Positions 13,870-26,200 of a stretch of DNA of 64,000 nt are shown here, one piece after another. Origin of the DNA: Novakomyces olei (Eukaryota); NCBI GenBank assembly GCA_016906335.1, contig JADEYG010000007.1:2294001-2358000 (forward strand), in the 5' to 3' direction. Position 1 is the first letter of the stretch, and each line of letters begins with the position of its first letter. A model generated the notes under the pieces. That model was not told the DNA's origin and made no database searches. It saw only the letters and a program-made list of their open reading frames with translations. A program made the position numbers and the translations under genes.

Positions 13870-16800
13870 TCAACCCCGTCCTTCTGCAGCCTCCGGCTTT
13901 CTTGCATACATAAACAGCCAAGCAACAGCGGTCTTGTAACGAAGCCATTCGTGCTTTGTGCGTTCTGCTCGCAGATCGGCCGACTCTGTCCACGGCTGGC
14001 CGATCCGTTCCACCCACGGATCAAAAATACGAGAGTTTATAATCTTTAGCACTTCATTAATCCGGCCTCCCCATGCCCCCGGGATGGCTAAATTTACATA
14101 ATTGACGTCATCAAACCCGCAGGATTCTAGCAGGGGTAGAATACGGCTGCAGATAGCCGGATCGAAGCCTTTATTGGCCAGGCAAACGGTGAAATGGGAA
14201 TTGTAAGCGGAGAGCAATGGTCCGGGATTCAATAGGCGGGCGTCCAAGAGCGGAGCTTCGAAATAGCCACTGTAATTAGCACGAGATACATTCAAGTTGA
14301 AATAAAGTAAAGACGGTCAGACGATTAAAAGACGTTGGACGATTAAAAGACGTTGGACGATTAAAAGACGTTGGACGATTAAAAGACGTTGGACGATTAA
14401 AAGACGTTGGACGATTAAAAGACGTTGGACGATTAAAAGACGTTGGACAATTAAAAGACGTTGGACGGTTAAAAACAGTAGCGTACCCCGGTTTCAAGAC
14501 GCGCAGCAGTTCAGTGAGCATCCCCTCCCACTCCCAGTTTTTAACATACAAGGGCAGGAACCGGGAGGAGATTACATCAAAGTAATCATCGGGAAAAGGC
14601 AGCTGGGTCAATGACGCAATTTCTCTGACAGAAACGAGATTCCGAGGCGGATGACGGATCCTCGGTTTCCCGCCAGCCGTACTGAGACAGTAGACGTGGG
14701 CGTTTGGGAACATTATAGCTACGTGTACAGAGAAATTGCCTCGTGGGCTGCCTCCGTGATCGAGGATACGGGGCGCCTCACGCTGAGTACGGAGCCTGGC
14801 CCGGGCGGCTTCAGAGTAGATAAGGCTGCCTCCACAGACGTACTGGTAAGCGGCAATCACGCCCAGCTCTCCCAACTGCTGAGGCAGTTCCTTGTGCCGG
14901 GCAGTCGAGGCCGGATCCTGAGGAGGCAGGCTGGGATCCTGCCCAAACTCTGCCAGACGCAGATCTTTAGGCACCAGGTCGTGGTGGTAGGGCATTGTGA
15001 TCATGTTTACCAGATCAGCGGCTGACAGTTCACGTGCAGGGTCTGTGCTCTGAGCAGAAGCAGAGGCAGAGGCAGTAGCCTTTTTGTCAGTATTGTTGTT
15101 GTTGCTGTTGCTGTTGTTGTTGTTGTTGTTGTTGTTATTGTTAATGCTGTTTTTGTTATTGCTGTTGATGTTTTTGTTATTGTTGTTGTTATTGCTGTTG
15201 TTGTTGCTGTTATTGCTGCTATTGCTGTTGTTGTTATTGTTGCTGTTGCTGTTGTTGTTGTTGTTGTTGTTGTTGTTGCCGTTGCCGTTGCTATTACTGT
15301 TGCCGTTACTGTTATTGTTACCGCTGCCGTTGCTGGCATTATTCTTAGAGCTGTTTATAATACTACTACTGGCACTGGCCGGGTCTACTGCCGGCCGGCT
15401 GTTCGGCCCAGAATCATTGCCGCCCAGAGCCAGTCCATGGGTCAGCCGTGTTAGAGGAGCAAGCCGTTCCCGGTCTTCTCCTGTGGCTGAGGAAAAAGCG
15501 TGCAGGCTCATTCCCGGATCGCTGATATACTCAGAGGCAGACGACCCGGTTGTGCTGAGAGAAGTGCCCTTGCGAGAGTCTAGAGCCATACTGGCAATGT
15601 GCTGTGGATCATAGGACATTCGTCGACCTGCAGAGGAGGTGTTTGAGGCAATTGACGACCGGATTTCTCCTCCACCAGCAGCAGAAGCTGCTGCTGCTGC
15701 TGCTGCGGCAGAGATCCTCCTGAAATCGGCAATTGAAGTCCTGCGAGGCCAATCCTTGGCATCCTTGGCCGAGTGCCTCTGTAACTGCTGCCGAAACAGC
15801 TGCTGTTTTTGCTGTCTCGCAGGCCACTGCAGGGCACCAATATCACTCAAATTTGAATTGCTCAAATTTGTATTGTTCAAATTTGTATTGTTCAAATTTG
15901 TATTGCTTAAATTTGAATTGCTTAAATTGCTTAAAGTCGGATCGCTCAAATTTGTATCGCTCAGTGCGCGTGTGTGAGGACTCGGCGGACTTTCGAGCAG
16001 CTCACCCGTCTCCTCTTCTCCGTCACTAAACTTTGCCGGGAATCCGGAATTGTGGACTGACGCACGTGAAAAGGAGAACCGGTTCAGATTGTTATCGTGC
16101 CGCGGCTGCAGCGGCACCGTCCTACCGAAAAGAGCATCGCTCTTGCGAGCCAGTGTGCCGGGAGAAAGGGCCGGCGTTAAGGGCGCCGGCGTTAAGGGCG
16201 AACGTGAATCGGACGGAGGTCTCGTCAGCGCTGATTTAAGCGGTAAAGAGAGCGCACTGCCAGAACCAGGATCGAGCTTGGAAGCAGCCAATTGCCGGTC
16301 TTGTAGCGCAGCATTGGCTGACAGATGATTTCCCCTGAACCGCGGATCTTTTTTTAATTGATCCTGTTTTAATTGATCCTGTTTTAATTGATCCTTTTTT
16401 AATTGATCCTTTTTTAATTGATCCTTTTTTAATTGCTCCTGTTTTTTCTCCTGTTTTGATTGCTCCTGCTTCAACTGCTCCTGCTTTTTCTCGTGCTTTT
16501 CTCCCCTTACAGAAGGCAATGTCTGCGCAAGAGGCAGAGGCGTCCGTCGCGTGCTTCCTGTCCGGACAAGGCTGAGCAGCGACCTGCGCAGCCCTGATTT
16601 TTGTGCCTTTTGCGCACGTTTTTTGCTCGCCTCTGAGGCCGTTAACAGCGGCTCAGCTGTACCAGAACGGCCATTGGCAATAGCAATAGTATCGGCAAAA
16701 GCATCGGCACTGCCATTGGCACTGTCATTGGCAATAGTATCGGCATCGGCATCCGTACCGGTATCGGTATCCGTGTCGGCGTTTACCGTGGCCGCTGGTA

Positions 16801-17203
16801 AAGAAGCAGCCGGTGTATGCAGCCGGCGTCCAGAGGAAGCGTGAGAAGAAGCGATAGAGGAGGCGGGCGAAGAAGACCGGCTCAGCGATCGTCGTACTGT
16901 ATTTATTAGCGGAGGCGTCAGTGGCGCCCGTCGGCCGTTCGGCCCAAGATCGCTGTCGCCTTTGGGACCGTGAGAATTTGTGAGCTGGTCTCTATGCTGC
17001 TGCTGCGGCTTTGCCGCCGGCTCTGCCTGCTTGAGCGATGACGTCGAAGCGGCAGCGTACGCCCAATTGGCACTCGGCTGAAGGCGAGTCGGGATCGGTC
17101 CGTCCTCGCTGCGGATCGGAGCCGACAGAGGCCGGTCTCCGGACCGGCGCTCTCCCTCAGCCGACTTGTCCTTGCGCCGTCTGCTCTTGGCGAAGAGCGG
17201 CAT
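13870..17203 (-). CDS. Large disordered protein with a C-terminal class I SAM-dependent methyltransferase domain
   Basis: RILDHGG, LPFPDDYFDVISSRFL and ELLRVLKPG|GYFE (intron 14486-14270) are class I methyltransferase motifs. The long N-terminus has poly-N, poly-A and KKDQL repeats. Confidence 0.8.
14321..14476. repeat. 18-bp minisatellite (ACGATTAAAAGACGTTGG) x ~8.5 inside an intron
   Basis: Head-to-tail identical units without spacers, within intron 14270-14486. Confidence 0.95.
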
Positions 17204-17409
17204 CCTTCAGACGATCAATGGCACAAGAATCAGCGCCCCGTTTGACATTTGCCGGTCTCAATTCGTGCGCAATAGGGTAAATCTGATCTCGCACACAAGA
17301 TTGCTTGCCGTCCCGTCAATGACAGGAGCTGGGTCTCCAGATTTTTGCGCCAATAAGAAGCGAGCTCGCTGGACAGGTTTATAGCGGATTAGTCTAGAGT
17401 ATGCGTCAT

Positions 17410-17595
17410 TTATTTGTGAGTATTTTGTGACTTGTTTGTGACGTGTTTGTGTTTTGTGACTTGTTTGTGACTTGTTTGTGATTTATTTGTGATGTGTTTG
17501 TGACTTGTTTGTGACTTGTTTGTGACTTGTTTGTGACTTGTTTGTGAGTATTTTGTGACTTGTTTGTGACTTGTTTGTGACTTGTTTGTGACTTA
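17410..17595. repeat. 11-bp tandem repeat (TTGTTTGTGAC)n
   Basis: Directly visible upstream of the methyltransferase gene. Confidence 0.92.
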
Positions 17596-17965
17596 CGAAA
17601 GCACTAGACTACTCGTGCGCTGTCTCTGCCACACAGACAGTATGCACGCCGAGCGCTTGTCTGTCGAGCCGGTTCCGGCATGGCACTTTGTTCCAACTTT
17701 GTTCAATGGCTACATTCGAGTTGTTTCTTTACTGGCTTTACCACTCTCCTCTCATTGATGCTGAACGCTCTAGTGGCTACCTACTTTAATTCTGCATGAT
17801 AAATACCTACTTTAATGCTGCATTCATACTTGACCATACTTTTCTTCTCTTTTTTCTTTTCTCCTTCTTCTTCTCCTTCTCCTCCTTCTTCTTTTTGTAC
17901 TTTACTCAAACAACCTTCTCTCCTGCCCAAAAGTGTCGTTACAAAACTGTCCCTTTGCACATATA

Positions 17966-19726
17966 CTAATGCGCCATCTCTGTATCGCACCATGCGGCAT
18001 CAATAGGCCGGTACGCACGCACACTGCCACTCACGAGCCCACGCAACTCCAAGGACCCACGGGTAACGTAGCGTCTAGCATTAGAATTCTGCTCCAGTAC
18101 TTGGCAGCGCATAGTGGCCGCATCGTATGCGGCCACTATGCTCGTATGATCTGGAGCCCCACACGTCTGAGTGATCATTGTCCCATCCGCTCGACGGTGC
18201 TCGAATCGGCAGGCATCAAACTGTAGAATATCTCCAGGCCTCAGCTCCTCATCGGCGGCCCAGACGGGTCCATGCTGGGCAGTAGCTTCGTATACAATAT
18301 GGCCATGCACAGTTCCGTGGGACGTGAAAGCTCCAGGGCACGATTTAAGCGCATAGTCAGCCAGGTCCCAGCACTCTCCACGGCCAACACACTTGCCCAG
18401 CTGTGATTGGCAGTATTGTAAGACTAAAGGCCCAAATTTGTGACTTGCTGCGATTAGTTGAGAGCGGTTGAGCAGTGCGGGAGGCGGGAAATGCTGCTGC
18501 CACGTCTGTGGCGAGTGCAATTGTGATTCCCGGCACACAACGGTGATGAGTGAGCGAGAGCAATCCGGTGTGTAGGTAATGCGTATATGAATCGTGGCCG
18601 TTTTGCCAGTGCTCGAGCTGGATTGCATCTGCATCTGCATTGAACACGTCGCGTCACGTCTGTTTTGTAAGCTTTCCGGCAATTGTAAAGGTTTGCCGGT
18701 GAATATTGCTTCATACCAGGGATGCTGTCGACCTGTCTCGAGATCTATATCGCGCGCTTGCATTTGGCCATTAGCATAAAAGCTAAAGGCCGGAGAAGAG
18801 TGAGGGTTTACAGAAGGCGAGGGAGACGCCAAAGAGGGAGACGCCAAAGAAGGCTTTGTGCTCTTGTTCAACGAGGGCTTGTTTGACGGCAGTGGAGGAG
18901 CAGTGCCGACAGGTTTGCCTGTCAGCCAGGCCGGTTTGGCTTTGGGCGGCATTGGAGGCGGCGGTTTCTTTTTAGCAGCGTTTGCCAGAGAAGCATTGGC
19001 AGAACTTACAACAGAATTGGCAGCACTAGCTGGCTCTACGCCCTGACGCGGCCACGGCTGATCTTGGGCCGGAGCAATGTGGGAGCGAGACAGACGAGAG
19101 TTTAACTCGTCCATAATCCCACTCTGTCCTTTTCCTTTTAAACTTCCATTTCCATTTCCATTTCCATTTCCATTTCCATTTCCATTTCCATTAGCATTTC
19201 CATTAGCATTAGCGTCTCTGGCACTGTCTGCATATAAATGCTCTGTCCGAGTATCGTGCTCTGTCCGACTGGCGGCAGTTTCTTCCGGGCGAGAGCGATT
19301 GCCAGGCGAGTGCCGGGCCGGCAACACTGGTGTCGCGTGAGAATCCCGTAAAGCGAGAGACGGGTTTGGCACAGGCGACCGACGTGGCGGCGGGGCAGGC
19401 GGGCCAGTCTGGCCCGCCGGCCCCGAGTGCCGAGTGGCGGACGTGTAAGCCGGTGGGGGTGTACCGCCTGGCTCTCGCGTCTGCTCCGGTGGGATGTAGC
19501 CAGCCGAGGCGGACTGCCAAGGTGGGATACGGTCTGGCCGGGGCAGCGGGTCGTGGTAGAGCGGCTGCGTGTATGCGTCTGCGCCCGGCAGAGGCTCCGG
19601 CTCCGTCTGCTCGGCAGAGAAGGAGCCTGGCGACTGTGCCGGCAGAGGAGAAGCTCTGGCCGGGACAGGCGGAGTCTGCCTCACCGACCGGGCAGGCAGA
19701 GGCGGAGAGGGCACTCGAGGAGGCAA
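17966..19726 (-). CDS. Proline-rich protein with a BBC1/AIM3-type C-terminal cysteine-proteinase-fold domain
   Basis: PxxP-rich N-terminus (KKKPPPPMPPKAKP). The C-terminal domain reads VGRGECWDLADYAL...LRPGDILQF...GAPDHTSIV...VLEQN...GSVRAYRPI. Confidence 0.72.
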   Translation of the reverse strand: MPPRVPSPPLPARSVRQTPPVPARASPLPAQSPGSFSAEQTEPEPLPGADAYTQPLYHDPLPRPDRIPPWQSASAGYIPPEQTREPGGTPPPAYTSATRHSGPAGQTGPPAPPPRRSPVPNPSLALRDSHATPVLPARHSPGNRSRPEETAASRTEHDTRTEHLYADSARDANANGNANGNGNGNGNGNGNGNGSLKGKGQSGIMDELNSRLSRSHIAPAQDQPWPRQGVEPASAANSVVSSANASLANAAKKKPPPPMPPKAKPAWLTGKPVGTAPPLPSNKPSLNKSTKPSLASPSLASPSPSVNPHSSPAFSFYANGQMQARDIDLETGRQHPWYEAIFTGKPLQLPESLQNRRDATCSMQMQMQSSSSTGKTATIHIRITYTPDCSRSLITVVCRESQLHSPQTWQQHFPPPALLNRSQLIAASHKFGPLVLQYCQSQLGKCVGRGECWDLADYALKSCPGAFTSHGTVHGHIVYEATAQHGPVWAADEELRPGDILQFDACRFEHRRADGTMITQTCGAPDHTSIVAAYDAATMRCQVLEQNSNARRYVTRGSLELRGLVSGSVRAYRPIDAAWCDTEMAH

Positions 19727-20229
19727 TTGCCTCGAGTCTCTTGATTGCCTCGAAAGACTCGAGTCTCTCGAGTCTCCTGGAGAAGCATGTAAATGCGTTT
19801 GGGAACGGGACGAGGATGTGTGGTGAGAAATAGGCGCTCGAGGATCGCGTTTAGGCGGCGGTCCGAACTTTGCAAGGTCGGCCTTGTGCTCCGGCAGACG
19901 CGCCTTGTCGCTGTGGACGGCCTGCGTATCGTACTGCGAGACCTCGTGGCCCGGCCGGACTGAGAGTTAGTGGGAGAATAGTAAAAGGTCTGGCAGTCAT
20001 TGGCACTAGACAAAGTGGGATCGGCTCTTACACCTCGCAGAGTAAGCGTCTGCCTTGTTGTACGCGTTCCGCGTAGACTGTGAGGCCGTTTTGAGACCGC
20101 CCCACACCGTCTGTGCTCCACTGGCGTAGTCTGGCATCGTGGACCGATCTGCTGGTCGCCTACTCTAGCCGGCCATAGTGCATAATAATCGCAGTACAAA
20201 ATAATACGTGGCCGCTCTACGTCTCCTTT

Positions 20230-20410
20230 TATTATTATTATTATTATTATTAAATATTATAATTATTATAATTATTATTAAATATTATAATTATTATAAT
20301 TATTATTAAATATTATAATTATTATAATTATTGTTAAGTATTATAATTATTGTTAAGTATTGTTATAATTATTGTTGAATATTGTTATAATTATTATAAT
20401 AATTATATCA
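20230..20410. repeat. Degenerate ATT/TAAT AT-rich tandem tract
   Basis: Directly visible. Confidence 0.9.
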
Positions 20411-20613
20411 AATGCTAGTGCGCGTTACGCTTGTGGATGGGAGTTTGGCGGACAGAGACTGACTATGGGCACTATGGCGGTATTTATTGGCACTTGGTTG
20501 AGGGCTCAATGCCTTTGGAATTGTAGCGATGCCGAGACGAGGCTGGTTCGAGGTTCATAGATAAATTTGTTCACGCCAAGTGTGGTGGCAGTGGTTTAGC
20601 AGTGTATTATACA

Positions 20614-20810
20614 AATGTAGCGATGTAGCAATGTAGCAATGTAGCAATGTAGCAATGTAGCAATGTAGCAATGTAGCAATGTAGCAATGTAGCAATGTAG
20701 CAATGTAGCAATGTAGCAATGTAGCAATGTAGCAATGTAGCAATGTAGCAATGTAGCAATGTAGCAATGTAGCAATGTAGCAATGTAGCAATGTAGCAAT
20801 GTAGCAATGT
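20614..20810. repeat. 8-bp tandem repeat (ATGTAGCA)n, ~24 copies
   Basis: Directly visible; source of the spurious LLHCYIAT ORFs. Confidence 0.98.
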
Positions 20811-21255
20811 ATAGCAATTATGTATTATCATATAATATATACGGTTATATATGAACGTACCGGCCGTATGGCCCACGGACGATATGCAAAATGGAAAACG
20901 CATGGCCGAGAATCTCGAGCCGAGCGTGTGGGCAACATGTAAACCTGATTTAAATATTATAAAGATCGATCAAGATACCATTGGGCCGTGCGACTGAGGT
21001 GCTTGGGTAAAAATTAATAGATATTCTCGCAGCCGGCAGATAGTACATGGTTGCCTATGCATGTCTATTGCCTATGCATGTCTGTCAAATCTTGGCCGCT
21101 GAGACTTGAATTGCACGACGCTATGAATTTTACACAATACACAAAGATAAAAGAAATTGCCGCCTTATTCGAGGACCTATGACGCTCAGATCGTTCAATT
21201 GTGGTTTATTGATTGTAGCGTTATTTGACGCAGCACACAATGATTAGTTACTGGA

Positions 21256-21395
21256 GATGATTCATAGTTATTGTAGATGATTCATAGTTACTGTAGATGA
21301 TTCATAGTTACTGTAGATGATTCATAGTTACTGTAGATGATTCATAGTTACTGTAGATGATTCATAGTTACTGTAGATGATTCATAGTTATTGGA
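21256..21395. repeat. 20-bp minisatellite (GATGATTCATAGTTACTGTA) x ~7
   Basis: Directly visible; no spacers. Confidence 0.95.
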
Positions 21396-23247
21396 GATTT
21401 CTTATACAAAAGAGCACTACACATTATCGCCATATTAATTTTGAAACCTAGCTTACTTGTAACTCTGGCGAATCTGACACATTTCCTAAAAACTGTTACT
21501 TGGTGGTGCTCGATCTTTAATGTCAAGAAACAAATAATGTCTCAGTCAGTCACTTTGTCTCGGGCGTTTTCCCCAAACGAGGGACGAGTCAGACACATTA
21601 AACAGCGCTCAAACACGTCCTGCAACGGTCGATCGGTACGAATATTAGATAATCTGAAACCGTCCACAGACACACAGAGTCGGCAATTCTTGCTGCACAT
21701 CTCATGAGGCTTACACCGTGATTGTTTGCAATACGAAATCTGCCCATTGTCGGCCTGGCTGCCCAGAGCGGACCAGTAGTCTGTAAACACTATATTTCCG
21801 CATTTGATTATATGAATTTATTGCCATTTAGTGGTCGGTCTTTGTGCCTGAACAGTATTAATGCGCAGCGAATTTGATTGGATAAAGTCTCTCCGCCGAG
21901 CGCAAGCCCACCACAATCGACCCTTATCGGCGCCATACAACAACCTATAGCTACAATCTCTCCGATAAGCAGCTTCACCCAGCATATCGAGAATTATGCT
22001 TGTTCAAGTTCCATTGCAAGATCCGTATTGACCTTTGCGATTATCGGCTTATGCTATTGACCTTTGCTATTGACCATTGCTATTGGCCATACATTACTAC
22101 CGCGCTTTCTTGGGTACTGTATACTTATCAGCGAATCACAATCTAATCACCTTACTTTATCGTCCACCTTTTGGGAAATGGCTGAAACACGATCTGTCTC
22201 TCGCGTGTTTCACCAGCTTTCCTAATTGGGTCAGCAAAAAGGGCCCCTTATCTGCGAGGTGAAAATTCCACGCAAAACTTTATAGCACTGCCGGAACCGA
22301 TATCTCGTAAAAAGCAAAAATTAAGCTTTTCTCCACCTGTCGAAAACGTCGCGAAAGAGCACGCTAGTACGCTGCCTATTACTTTGATATCACTCTAAAT
22401 TCTGACATGTTTGGTTAATTAGGCGTTTACTATCCCCTTTAGCTTTACAATTTAGTTCGTTAAAGATGGGATTACCTATTAATCATTCTTTGCGCACGAT
22501 CCAACCTGCTCATTAAGGATTTAGCGTGCGTGCCACAGGAACGGGTATTTGAGAATCGCTCGATTAGTACTAGTCTGGTTCACGAAAGCTTGCATATTCG
22601 AGGGCCATAATGCATAAACGGCCCTCCTATTAGTGTTAAAATATACAGCAAAAATATAAGCTGACTCGTATACTTGATTTATGATACGTGATTATGTAGT
22701 TTTGGTTTAAAAAAAGGAGAATTATGTATAATGTAGTGAAATAATATAGGATAAAACACGTGTAAGTATACAGCCATTATCTGCAAGGTGCTAGTCACAC
22801 GCGCACATGAGTGAACGATCTCGGATCTTTATGCACGATACCCATTCATTCGAGCGCGAAATATGCAAAAAATGGCCTACTTTCTGACATGAACGGCAGG
22901 TGTACCAAGCTCAAACGCGTAAAAGGACCAATAAACCGCGTGCTCGTTCTTTTTCGATCAACACCCTTTTTCCCAACGTGGCATTTGCTCTGGTAAAAGA
23001 GTTCAATCTGCATTCTTCCACTTTCCTGTCCGGGGCATCTGCAGCGGTGACACGTGTCTCACCCGCTCAGCTGGGCGGCATTTCAGACCTCCGTTATCCG
23101 TGCATTTTCATTACTTTTGCCGAGAAAGCGTCTCGACCGCGGAAGACACTGCGAGTTTATGCACGTTCTCGGCGTCTACTTGTCGCCGTGTCTGCGATAT
23201 TAAGGCGCTTGCATCTGACAAGTCGCCTTTTCAAAGGACTTGGTGCA

Positions 23248-26200
23248 ATGGCTAACTTTGGCGCTAGTTTTAGTGCTGGTGCCAGCACTGGTGCGAGTAG
23301 CAATAATCCGGGCAATAGCGACGGCATCGCTGTCGTCGGCATAGGGCTCCGCTACCCTGGAGCCTCTACTCTGGCAGAGTTTTGGGCCAATGTTCTGGCC
23401 CGGCGGCAGCAGTTTCGATTGATCCCGGATGAGCGTATGCCGCTCAGCATGTACTATGATCCGAATCCTCGGGCACCCGACATGACGTACGGGAATAGGG
23501 GCGCCTTTATAGACGGATGGGCGTTTGATCTACTAGCTCACAAAATTAACAAGTCTACTTTTGAGACTACAGACATGGCTCATTGGCTCGCGCTCGATGT
23601 AGCGGGCCAGGCTTTACGCGACGCTGGTTACGTAAAGCATGACGCGTCAGATGAAGCGGCGGCAGAACGCGCGTCACGCACGGGTGTCATATTGGGCAAT
23701 ACCCTGACCGGCGATGCGTTTAGAAGTAATCTTATGCGCCTTCGATGGCCGCACGTTAAGCGGGCACTGCTGCTGACAGAGTACGTTCGCTCGCTTCCGA
23801 CTCCAGCTCTGCAGGATTTCTTGAAGGAGGCAGAAGATGCCTTTAAAGCCGGGTTCCCTCCGACAGCTGAGGATTTTTTGTCTGGAAATTTGAGCAATAC
23901 AATCGCCGGCCGGATCTGTAACCACTATGACTTTGGAGCAGGTGGCTACGTCATCGATGGTGCCTGCTCCAGTTCTCTGTTGGCTGTTTGCCATGGCGCT
24001 TCTGCCCTCAGCAGTGGAGAAATGGATATGTGCCTTGTTGGAGGTGTCGATTTGTCTATCGATCCCTTTGAGATTATCGGGTTTGCCAAGACAAAGGCCC
24101 TTTCCCCGGACGAAATGAGGGTCTACGACGAACGTGGCAACGGCTTTATACCCGGAGAGGGCTGCGGCTTTGTCGTACTAAAACGTATGCGTGACGCTTT
24201 AAGGGAAGGCGATCATATCTACGCACAAGTCGCTGGATGGAGTATGTCGAGCGACGGTAAATCGGCAATCACTGCCCCCAAGGCTCCCGGCCAAGCACGT
24301 GCTATTTCGCGAGCTTATGATAGAGCACGGAACCTGCTTCCGAGACAAATTGCCTTTGTCGAGGGCCACGGGACGGGAACCCGAGTCGGTGATCGGGTGG
24401 AAATTGCGGGCCAAGCACTCGTTTTCAATACTGACCCTAATGTTAAATCTAGACAGACCGGAATGACGTCACTAAAGAGTATTCTGGGCCATACTAAAGC
24501 AGCGGCGGGGATTGGTGCGTTTATAAAGACGGTGATGGCAGTCAATCGCAGAGTTTGCCCGCCCACTGCAGGTTGCGAACGGGTAAATCCGTTTTTCTTG
24601 GATCGCGAGGCTCAAGCGCTTTTCCCTCAGCGTTACGGTTACGTGGGCAGTGGTGCCTTTCATGCGGGAGTATCAGCTATGGGATTTGGTGGTATTAATT
24701 CTCATGTACTAGTTTCCTCTGTCGGCGAAGAACCATCGCCCCGATTGTCGTTGGACAATGGGATTGGTGAGCGGGCCGCAATGGTCTCTCATCAGCCAGC
24801 TGAACTGTTTCTTTTTGCTGCTGAATCAATCGCTGAATTGACGGAGCAGTTGCAGCACTGGGCCGCAATTGCTCAGCGAATAGCCGTAGCCGAAATGGTG
24901 GACTTGTCCCGGCATTTAATAACAAATTTGTCAACGAGTGGGACCGGGTACAGGGCGGCCGTAGTCGCCACTACTCCAGCGCAATTAAGCGCAGACCTGC
25001 TGGACTTTGCGCAGTCTATTCAAAACGAATTTTACGTGCCCGGCGAACTAGTCCGGAAGGGGCCCAACAAGCTGTTAGCCTGTATGACTATGATGACGTC
25101 AGAAAGCAGCAACAGTTATCCATCCGTGGGATTCCTTTACCCCGGACAGGGCAGCCAAAGCGTGGGAATGGCAAGAATGTTGATTGAAAGGTTCGCGTGG
25201 GCGCGTGGGCTGGCGGAGAGTTTAGTCCCACGCAAGGTGTGGGATACAGCATTCCCAGATTTAAATCATATTATGGACAAGGAAGGGCTGGCTGCGGCTA
25301 ACCGGGAACTTAGCCGGACAGATGTAGCTCAGCCGGCTATCTGTCTGGCCTCCATCTTGTGGACTATTTGGCTAGAAAAGCTGGGAGTCCGCCCTTCCGC
25401 AGTATCGGGCCACTCTTTGGGCGAGCTGAGTGCCTTCTTTGCTGCTGGCCGACTCGATGCTGAATCAGTGTTGCGATTGGCAGAGCTGCGAGGCCGATTA
25501 ATGGCTGATTTGACTACAGAATCAGCCATGATTGCCCTTGGATGTGATGCAACAGCGGCACAAGCGCTTTTGCAGCCTTTGCAAAGCAGTGGGTTTGCTG
25601 CCCTGGCAAACATAAACTCGTTTAAGCAGGTCGTTGTCTCGTGCGGAGTAGAAATGGTGACTGTAATCTTGGAGAGAGCCGCTGCCTCTGGTATTAAAGC
25701 CAAAAGGCTTCCCGTATCCAACGGCTTTCACTCCGAATTGGTCCGTGAAGCAGCCAATCAGCTTCGAGCAGCTGAGCCGCACTTGAAATCTAGACATGGC
25801 GTAAACGACAAGGACAAGACTATCCTCTATTCCTCAGTGACTGCGAGTCCAGCGGAGGCCAGCATGAATCATTTTGCAGAGCACGTGATGCACCAAGTGG
25901 ATTTCGTGGCAATGGCACGAGCGCTGGCCAACAAGTGCGATACTATCATCGAAGTAGGACCCGGCCGGGTTCTTACAGGTCTCTGCGATGATATCCTGAG
26001 TGCGTCTCCGTCAGTTTCTGTGATGCCGATAGAGGCAGCTGCTAATGATGCCTCGCATATGCTGGTGATGGGCATGTTGTTTGTACGTGGAGTGCCAATT
26101 AACTTGCCTGCTTTATTTGAGGGCAGAATTGTTAGGCCTTTTGTTCCGGCTCACGAAAAGATTTTCATTATTAATCCGGCAGAAAGAGCGGCAATTGCCC

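Noticed and set aside
14321-14476. CRISPR-like appearance of the 18-, 20- and 17-bp repeat arrays
   Set aside because: Head-to-tail units without unique spacers, no cas genes, eukaryotic context. The FNRPTS repeat in the ORF track lies inside an intron.
20555-20903. LLHCYIAT-repeat ORFs in three frames
   Set aside because: Artefacts of the 8-bp tandem repeat.
22900-23247. 116-codon N-terminal extension of the PKS in the ORF track
   Set aside because: Starts at GTG and has no in-frame ATG before 23248; no SAT-like motif. Treated as 5' UTR.
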